A stretch of DNA of 64,000 nt, from positions 55,056,001 to 55,120,000 of the forward strand of contig OX597825.1 of the NCBI GenBank assembly GCA_951406725.2. Reading direction: 5' to 3'. The notes below the pieces were generated by a model. It was not told the origin of the DNA. It ran no database searches and was given only the letters and a program-made list of their open reading frames with translations. This DNA is from Octopus vulgaris. Taxonomy: Eukaryota. Numbering within the stretch: the first letter of the stretch is position 1; each line of letters opens with the position of its first letter. Shown here one piece after another: positions 54,867 to 64,000 of the stretch. The translations under genes were made by a program, and so were the position numbers.

Positions 54867-54874
54867 ATATTATA

Positions 54875-55335
54875 GTTGTGTATGGATGAGGACAGCAGCA
54901 TAAAAGAGTGGTAAGGTCTAATTGTGGAGAGAACCTGTGGAAGGGGTAGACCCAAGAAGACATGGGAAATTCCTCACTGAGGAAATGACAAAGGACTAGG
55001 AGGTGTGGTGATTTGTTGTGCTCTAAGATATGCCAAGTTAAGTAAAATCACTGTCATCCATACATACAAGCTTGTCCTTTACAGGTGCTGGTGCAACATA
55101 AAATACAATCATGCCAGTGATGCATAAATGCACCTATACTAGTGGCACATAAAAAGCATCCAGCACATTCAGTAAAGTGGTTGGCATTAGGAAGAGCATC
55201 CACAACAGACAAGTGGAATGAGAAAGCATGCCACAACAGACAATTAAACTCTGGACACTCCTCGGCTGACCGTATCAAACCATCCAACCCATGCCAGCAT
55301 GGAAAATGAACGCTAAATGATGATAATGATGATTA
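54875..55335 (+). mobile_element. RTE 3' end / family C element
   Basis: Decayed MDEDSSIKE...VERTCGRGRPKKTW, then family C core and GAT tail. Confidence 0.8.
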
Positions 55336-56204
55336 TAGTTGATCAGATCAAACCTACATTTTGATAAAATATTTGCTTGTTCCATGTCTTGTAGAGCTTT
55401 CTTTCTTTTGACAAAATATAAATGATTATCTCAAAAACCTTTCCATATCTCCTCATTAAATGATTTCATTTTTCATTCTTATTTAAGCCACCAAATGTTA
55501 ATTTATGAGTTTGGATTTTATTTACTTGGAACTCTGCTCCAATATCTAAATATGTTCTAGGAAAGCCAGGCAACAGACTTACAGAAATGTATGTGTCAAT
55601 TGTTAATATTTAGTCAGCATCTCAAGACAGTTTTATCAATCTTAATCAACCATATAAGAAGTGAAACTAGACAAGCTAAAATGATGAATGTTATGTAAAT
55701 GATAGCACTTTTACTGATTAAAACATCAAAAAGCTAAAATATATTCAGATAAATGGCTGAAATAAGTGGTCAAGATAAAAATAATTGTTTCTAGCATTGG
55801 CACAAGAACTGGAAATTTGTTGGAGAACAGACCCAAGTACATATTTTATCAACCCGAAAACAACGAAAGGCCAAGTTGACTTCAGTGGGATGTGAACTTG
55901 GTCATCGATATCTAATACTATTTCAGCAACAAATATGGAAGATTGAGTTAGACATAATTTACTACTTTTTGAAGGCTCATCATCAGAATCAGTAATGACA
56001 TTGCTTCACTATTTACTTCCATATTGCTTAGAAAACATTCTAATTTAAATGTTTCTTGTTTACTGACAACTTAAATGGTCTGTGAACATTAAGAAATTAC
56101 ATTAAAGAACAGAATTTTAAGAGATAATCAGCACACTGGAAATATCTTAATAATTTTTACAGAGTGCCACAATTAATTCAACATCATAATGTACCTATTC
56201 ATTG

Positions 56205-56700
56205 TGTCTGTCTATCTAGACATCTACATACACACAGTACACACATATATATAGTCAACATGTTCACACCATTTTATACACCAAATCAATATCTACACAA
56301 TATTTATCCATACAGTCAACATCTACACATTATATCTATCCAGGCAACACCTATACACTTTGTCTATCTAAACTCAGCGTCTGTCTATCCACTCTATATA
56401 CGCACTGTCTATCTATCGAGTCTCCATCAATACACTGTGGTATCTACCCAGTCAATATCTACACATGCTCCTCCTACCCAGTCAACATCATCACAATGCA
56501 CATGTCTATCCAGTTAACATTTACCCACCGTGTCTATATATCCAGAAAACTTCTGCACGCTGCCTTTTCTATACCCTGTCAACTTTTGCACGCACATATT
56601 GTATCTATGTATCAAGTCAATATCTACACACTGTGTTCATCTATCTATTCAACATCTACACACTGTTTCTCCCCGCAGTCAACATCTCACTTTGTCCTAT
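56205..56700. repeat. old degenerate minisatellite, unit about 30 bp
   Basis: Recurring cagtcaacatctacacac...tctatc variants. Confidence 0.75.
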
Positions 56701-57449
56701 CTCTCAAAATTGAGAAAATATACAAGGTTTTAGTTATAACTTCTGACTAGATCTACAGATTTTAAACTGTCCAGTTTCAACAACAAAAATAAAGGAAAAA
56801 TAATTAAACAAAAGATAAGAACATAAAATGCATGGGGTGGGTAGGTGGGAGGTACAGAAAAAAAGAAAGAAAAACAAATATCAAAACAAAAAAAAATCAA
56901 TTGAATATTTTAAGTCAACTGACAAGAAAACTTTGCTTAATGTCCATAGGAAAGAAAGCAGCTTTCTTTTAGCAACATTTCTCAAGTCTTTTCTTAGTCT
57001 TTTCAATTTGAACAACTTGTATCAGAACTGGATTCAGGATTTAGAGAATACAGCAATTTTCTCCAAGAGCCTTTGACCTTTCGTATGAATACAATGAGTG
57101 CAATATGTCACGCTTTACAATTGTGTTGAAACAACAACTGCCCGGAGGCCAAATATAACTAAAATTTTCAACACTTGATGCCAAGACACTTAAATGGGTA
57201 TCATGGCAATGCTGTGAATTGATATTTTTGTTTTTTACTTTTATTTGTTTTCTCTTTTATATCTTAGTGTTTCTTAAGTAAATGTAAATATATTTCTGTG
57301 AATATGTTTCAAATTAGATTCTGTTGAAATGGACCAAATGAAGTGAAAAAAGTTTTGTTATGAAGTGATGGTATTGGTGGAGGTGTTGTTATTGCTAGTG
57401 GCTGGAGGTGATGATGGTGATGATGAGAGAAGTTATGAGGCAACTCATG

Positions 57450-57660
57450 AACATAAACACACATATACATATAAACATACATATATATATGTATGTATGC
57501 ATACATATACATACACTTATAAACATATACATATGTATGCATATATATATATAAATATATGTATGCATATATATATAAATGTATGTATGCATATATATAT
57601 ATATATACACACATACATGCATATATATATATATATACATATATATATACACACACTCAC
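57450..57660. repeat. (TA)n/(CATA)n microsatellite
   Basis: Directly visible. Confidence 0.9.
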
Positions 57661-59563
57661 ACTTTATTTGCATGAATCTGAACTTTTAAGAGGACTTCCT
57701 AAAAACAAAAAATAAATAAATAAATAAATAAAACAACTAATAACTAACAAATAAAATGAAATATAACAAACAACAATATTACAAAGACTAAACATCAAAC
57801 AACAAAAATTCAAAAAGACATCAAAGAATGAAAAAAAGAAAATGTTTGATTTGAAGTGAAAATGGCACAAATCTTCGCACTTTGATTTAAGTCCGACATA
57901 CTCTAAAACATTTTGTTTCCTCATCATAATTTTTAGTGCTTCTCCTCTTCCCCACCTTCCACTTCCCTTTGTCTTTGACTCACTTCAATGGATGGGTTAT
58001 AAAGCCATTTCTCTAGTGCTAACACAGATTTAGATTTTCTGGTTGTTTCAAAGAATCACTTGTTTCTTTTGCATTACTATTTTGTAGATATCCTTTAGGA
58101 GAATTTCAAGTTGGATTCAATTTAAAAAAATTACCAAATCCTTGATTTATATGGACATGTTTAAAGTATATGTATTTATTTATAAGTGAATATATACATA
58201 CACAGACACACACACACACATATGAAAAGGTAAGATATGTATATGGAAATGTGTGAGTGTGGGTGTGTGTATATATATATGATATTTACATATCTATATA
58301 AGCACAAATAAATGCATATACATACATGTGTATATATATGCCTTTACACACATGCACACGCACACACACATACATGCATACATACACATATACAAACATA
58401 CATACATACAGTACTGTGTACAAACAAAAATCAAGATCTCTTAATGCAGGTTGTGAAAGTTAAATATTTGTATTAACAGTTTGGTTCAGAACTGCATTAT
58501 AAGATATTTCACTGACACAAGTAAAGCTTATGTGATCATTCAGATGAGGTGATTCTGAATGGTGACACCCACACCAAAATAGTACTGATTGCCATAGCAA
58601 GATGGATAAAACTCATTCTCATTAACCACTTCAAGTTAGGTGAGAGACCCATAATATAACTGCTGAGTGCTATAATGACTGTCAACTAACTACTAGGTAG
58701 GTAGACATGAAGAGATGTGCTTGCTTTCAAAATTACAATGAAATTAAAATCCTCAGTAAAATTTTGAAAACAGTGTTAACAAGTAATTGGTTAAAATTAT
58801 CTGGAGAGAGATTCATTGGTGGCAATAGTATAAAAGTTCAGTTGTTTTATTAAGGGATACACTCAGCAATTTGAGGGAGCCAGCCCCACAGTGCTAAACC
58901 ACCATGTACTGATGAACAAGCAAAACACATAGAAGCATGTGTGGTTGTTGATGTAAGAATGTAGTAACTTAAAATAGAAACTGAAATGGATTATGATGAC
59001 CCACCCAGCCAATGCCTGCATGGAAATTAAATGCAAAACAATGAGGATGATAATGATGATGATGAGGAGGAGGAGGAGGCAGAGGATACAAATACACAGA
59101 CAGTAAATGATTTTAAAGAATTATTTTTTCTTGAAGCCCAATATTGTTATTTGACACATCAAAATACTTATCCCAATATTTAGTAGACATGCCTTGTGCA
59201 GTTTCTAATGATTTAATTACTTAAGGCATCATACTAATTAAACCTCTGCTGCAGAGAGACCATCGTGGAGGTCTCTTGCCCCACAAGCAACAGCTGCCTT
59301 CAAAGAGGACCAGTGACAGTGTTTCATAGCTGCAAGAAACAGGTGTCAGTACAGTGTCTGCCTCAATCCAGTCAACAGGTTATCATTGTGACACCTGTGC
59401 TTCTAGCTTTGGACTGTGGGGTCACTTGCTCTCTCTCATTGCTGAGAACACAGATTTTGTTATCATCAGACACTGATGGACTATCAACAATCACTTTGGG
59501 TATCGTACAAATAAGTAGTACCTGCAGAGATAAAACAGCATAATATGTACTTTTGAGGCGCGC

Positions 59564-59615
<52 letters not shown>

Positions 59616-60020
59616 GGGGATCCAGCCATAGAAACCATGCCAAAACAGGCATGGAGCCTGAACAGCTGGTCAGCTTCTGTCAAAATGTCCAACTCATGCT
59701 AGCATGGAGAACAGATGTTAAATAATGATAATGATGGTGATGATAAATATATATATATATATGAACATTTCTGTATATACAAGCATACATACTTATTCAT
59801 GCATGCATACATGTATGTCTGCATGTGTATGTGTGCTTATTTATACATACAATGAATTGTTCAGTTGGTGTTTTAAACAACCATGTGAAGCCAGACAACT
59901 AAATAAAGCTCAAAAAGTCTGGCATATTTACAACACACACAAATGAATATATATGTGTGAGTGTGTGCCTATATAATCATCATAATCTATTACAATAGGT
60001 TCATACATTTTGTAAAGATG

Positions 60021-60363
60021 TAGGCATGGCTGTGTGGTAAGATGCTTGTTTCCCAACCTCATGGTTCCAGGTTCCATCCCAGTGTGTGGCACCTTGAGTA
60101 AGTGTTGTACTATAGCCTCAGGCTAACTAAAGTGTCATGATTTGCAGTGAGTCTGGCTGATGAGTTTTATGTTTCTCATACAGAAAGCAAAATCAAGTGA
60201 TTCTCAAATATCCATATTCCTTACTTTTGTAGTTCCTACAAGGTAGGCCTATTTCTGTTATATTCATTTATCCACCCATGTGTATTTTAACAGAGAGTAA
60301 TTTGGGGTTTAGAGGGATAGCTCTGTTTATAACAAGTGGAATTCTAATACCCTTCTGAATTTT

Positions 60364-60415
<52 letters not shown>

Positions 60416-60640
60416 ATCATTTGTGAGTGTGTATGTTTATGTATATGTTTGTCCCCCACTACCACTTGACTACCAGTGTTGGAGTGTTTACATCCCAGTA
60501 GCTTAACAGTCCAGCAAAAGACACCAATAGAATAAGTACCAAGCTTAACAGAAAAATGTACTGGTGTGAATTCATTTGAATTATAACTCTTCATGCTGGT
60601 GCCCCAGCGTGGCCACAGTTTAAGGACTGAAACAAGTAAA
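60021..60640 (+). mobile_element. SINE family A interrupted by a roughly 230-bp insert (about 60140-60368)
   Basis: Head 60021-60135 and tail 60420-60640 recognisable; insert ends in (TA)n. Confidence 0.8.
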
Positions 60641-60703
60641 GGATTTAAATTTAGAATTAAATATTCTGGACACTTGGGCTTGGGGAGAATGAATATTTTC
60701 TCT

Positions 60704-60739
60704 CTTTCTGATGAAAGTTAATTGTCCAAAACATCAGAA
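60704..60739 (+). ncRNA. CpG-decayed minimal hammerhead motif
   Basis: ttt-CTGATGA-aagttaattgtc-CAAAACATC-agaa; CAAAACATC equals CGAAACGTC with two CG>CA changes. Confidence 0.4.
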
Positions 60740-61574
60740 TCTTTACTCTTCATGACAAATCAAGTTACTGCAATATTTTTCTTATCAAACATTCATGCCA
60801 TCATAAATCTCAGCTTCCTTAGGTTCTGGATCATCTTTTTATCGTTTTCTTTTAAGTTTTAAAATTGACTTGAAGAATTTAGTTACTGTGGTTCCCTCAT
60901 TGTCTGCTCCAAATGTGTGTACTGCATGCACTTGTATTCTACAACACTTGAAGAATAAATCTAGGGAATATATTGTATGTTCTTAGAAGCTCAGTGCAAA
61001 TTTTGGAGGGAGGTGTAGAGTTTCGATCATTTAAAATTAATTATCAAATTCCATTTAATTCACAGCCAGTGTGCCAAGAAGATATAGCTTATAACTATAC
61101 AGAAATACATCTCAATTCACAGAGGGGGAGCTAATTTGTATATTGATGTTAGTTTGCCCAACTGTTAATAAATTATTAGTACACCAACAACTTCAAGCTG
61201 AAGTTCTCTAGTTTCATCCAACATTTATATGCTTTAAACAGATGAATACTCTTTATTATATGTTTATATGAAATCTATTTAAACGTGCATATGATGTTAG
61301 TGCATTAGTAAACTAATATGTAAATTATCTCAGCTTGTGTTAATTAAGAGTTATTTCCTATAAGGTTATAATATATTTATTCTTGGTGCCTAGGGACCAT
61401 GTTAAAAGCACTATAGCAGGAAATTTGAAAAACATATGCAATTGTGTAGTAATAGAATATTTGTGTCAGGCTGATGAGAATTTTGGCTATGTACTCTGAG
61501 TTTCATTTCAATACACATTTTCAAATATGCAGTGGTAGTGTTGCAGCAGCCACCACTGCCACTACCATCATTAT

Positions 61575-61900
61575 CTTTATCATCATCATCATCATCATCA
61601 AACATCTGTCTTCCATGCTGCCATAGGTTTCTAAAGTTGGATTCCTTTCAGGGTTTACTGGGTGCTTTTTTAATGACACCAACACTACTGAGGAAAAGAA
61701 GCCACTTGAATGAGGTGTGGGGGGAGAGGAGGGGGGGGGCTTTATGCCAGGTATTGAGAGGCTCAAATATGTATGAGGAACAGGAGTAAGTGTCTTGCTA
61801 TAGAGGAGATGCATGGCCACCTCCACATTACATAAGAGGAGATGTAGCTGGAAAGAAAACAATGACGGTGGTGACAAAGTGTCAGAGTATATGCTCAAGA
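61575..61900 (-). mobile_element. family C element with leader
   Basis: (CAT)n tail, ttccatgctg, ctgggtgcttttt, then purine-rich leader. Confidence 0.6.
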
Positions 61901-62844
61901 TACAAGAAGGTGGCTTGCGTGCATGTGTGTGTGTTTATATAAACAAACATACATATAGATATGTTAGAGACAAACAAGAATAGAACTCAACCTCAGATGG
62001 GTGGATAAATATTTTTTAACAGAAATCAGTAGCCTAATACCATAGGTTTTGTGGAAGTATCTTTGCAATTGTTCAGTCAGAGTATCTATAACTGCAAAGA
62101 TAGGCACATAAAATCTATAGTATCAGACAACTGATTTCTATTAAAACTCTGTGCGCGTGTGTGTACTGCATATAGAAACATATACTTCAGTGAAGTAAAA
62201 TTTATAACTTTATTAGTTTCATTAGAGAACATAGAAGAATAAAATCAGATAAAGATTTCTCCAATAATGACCAAAACCACAAATGTAGAGTATGTAACCA
62301 TTTTAATTAACTACAGGCATGTGTGATATTTATTTTAACAACTTCATAACTATGAAAGATAATGTCAGCACAGGCTACAGTGGAACAGAGAATATAGAAA
62401 ATACAAAAAAAAAATAATAAATAAAATAAAGGTGATTAATAAACTGTTTTCTCTTTCCCAATAGTTTCACTCCATTGCTTCCAAAAATTGATAATTGGTA
62501 TTTCTAATGAAGAATATGTGCCATAAAATTTAAATGGTACAGATAAATCCTTCAGTATATAACTGGTATGTATTTTCTGAATTTAGAGAGGATGAAAGGC
62601 CAAATTGACATTGGCAAGATTAAAATGAATACTGTAAAAGAACATTGGTAATTGCCATGAGAATTTTTAAAGCATTTTACCAAATCTGCCGTCTGTTGCT
62701 CTGTCAGAAATGATTTTATAGGAATTTGAGAACGAAAAGAATTGAAGGCAATTCAATATACCCCCAGAAATTATTGGTATGCACCATTTGTAAGTAATTA
62801 GTAAGTAAAGGGGTGTAGTTCGTGTGAGCCTTTATATTCTTGGT

Positions 62845-63000
62845 GTAATAGTAGGCATGCAACAGTCTCAAGCGACCATGGATCTGCACCCAGAGAAACT
62901 GTGTCAGCAGCAGATGGTGGTGCAGCATCTGCTGTGGCTGTAGAAGACCCCATAGGAATGGCAATCACACATACAGCAAGTGCCTTTGAAGGAGTCCTCT
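62845..63000 (-). mobile_element. RTE LINE 3' terminus
   Basis: Minus strand gtgcagatccatggtcgcttgagactgttgcatgcctac resembles the RTE tail at 19654-19695. Confidence 0.55.
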
Positions 63001-63004
63001 ACCG

Positions 63005-63378
63005 GTGCTCCTGGTTTTTCCTCCAAGGATTTTAGTGGAATGAATCAACCTCTGGACATAGTTTTTTTTTAATCCTGATGCTTATTCTGTTAGTCTTTTA
63101 TGCTGAACCACTAAGTTACAGGGATGTAAACAAGCCAACACCAGCTGTAAAACAGTGGTGGGGGACAAACAGAAATGCATGCACACACACACACACAAAC
63201 ACTCACAGATATATATATACATACAATGGTCTTTTAGTTTCTACTAAATCCACTCGCAAGGTCTTGGCTGGCTCAGGGCTATAGTAAAAGACATGTGCTG
63301 AAGGTGCTATGATGTGAGACTGAACATGAAACCATGTGGTTGCGATGGAAACTTCTTACCACACAGCCATGTCTGCCC
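63005..63378 (-). mobile_element. SINE family A, degenerate
   Basis: Reverse copy: gctgaaccactaagttacagggatgtaaac...aaccatgtggttg...cttaccacacagccatg. Confidence 0.85.
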
Positions 63379-64000
63379 AATAAATATATATAAAAGACAA
63401 ACAGCTTCTCTCAGTTATTGGTATGGTCTATTTGTAGATAAAGGGGTGTAGTTAGTGAGATTCATTACATTATTTGTGTTGTCTATTTGTAAATAGTTAG
63501 TGTTTTGCTGTACATGATCAGAATCGTCTATTTGCAAGTAAAAGGGTGTTAGTCAGTGTGTTCTAGTGCATGACTGATATTTATGTTACCAATTCCAGAA
63601 GCAGGAAATGCAAAGTCAGCCATTGTAGAATTCAAATTCAGAAAGTAACAAAGAAAAGTAATCTACTACCACCAGAAGATATTTAGTCCAACACTTTCTG
63701 CTGATTCTGGCAAATCTCCGCCCTCACAGTATTAACTACAGCAACAACAACAACAACAACAACGGCAGTAGCAATAACAGCAACAATGAAACCATTTCTA
63801 GAAGGGATTAACTTTCAGAAGTTCTATGCTAAATGGATTTGAAATGAGAGTACTTTCTGAGAAGAAATCTGAACCAGACTCGGTTCCGTTTTGTGTAGAC
63901 ATTAGTTTTCTTAAATTACACAAGAAACAAACTAGTGTCTTCCTAAGAAAGAATGCCAATGCATTAATTAAAGAATTGCAAAAATAGAAAAACAAAGAAA

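Noticed and set aside
63826-63987. 53-codon ORF MLNGFEMRVLSEKK...
   Set aside because: Short with no recognisable domain; compatible with chance at the window edge

Overview
AT-rich, repeat-saturated animal genomic DNA, most likely Octopus (coleoid cephalopod), judged from recognisable SINE families and dense (TA)n/(CA)n/(AAT)n microsatellites. There is no intact long protein-coding ORF; nearly all ORF-track entries are microsatellite or SINE read-throughs. The window holds dozens of copies of three SINE-like families, here called A (tRNA-like head, central TA/TG tract, CR1-like tail), B (tRNA-like, AAT-associated) and C (RTE-derived 3' part, GAT tail). It also holds decayed Tigger/pogo and mariner transposons, CR1-, RTE- and R4/Dong-type LINE fragments, hAT and piggyBac-type MITEs, and a young 238-bp tandem array. 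Most notable observations: (1) a type I hammerhead ribozyme with an intact core at 32419-32471, inside a perfect 47-bp inverted repeat and probably Penelope-like-element derived, with several decayed hammerhead relatives elsewhere; (2) three phase-compatible candidate + strand exons (13156-13269, 34459-34574, 51063-51112) that could belong to a long-intron host gene; (3) two paralogous polypyrimidine-AG|GT sites resembling recursive splice points; (4) an R4/Dong LINE broken by a micro-inversion; (5) several long hairpins. All calls were made by eye with no database search, and repeat boundaries are approximate.
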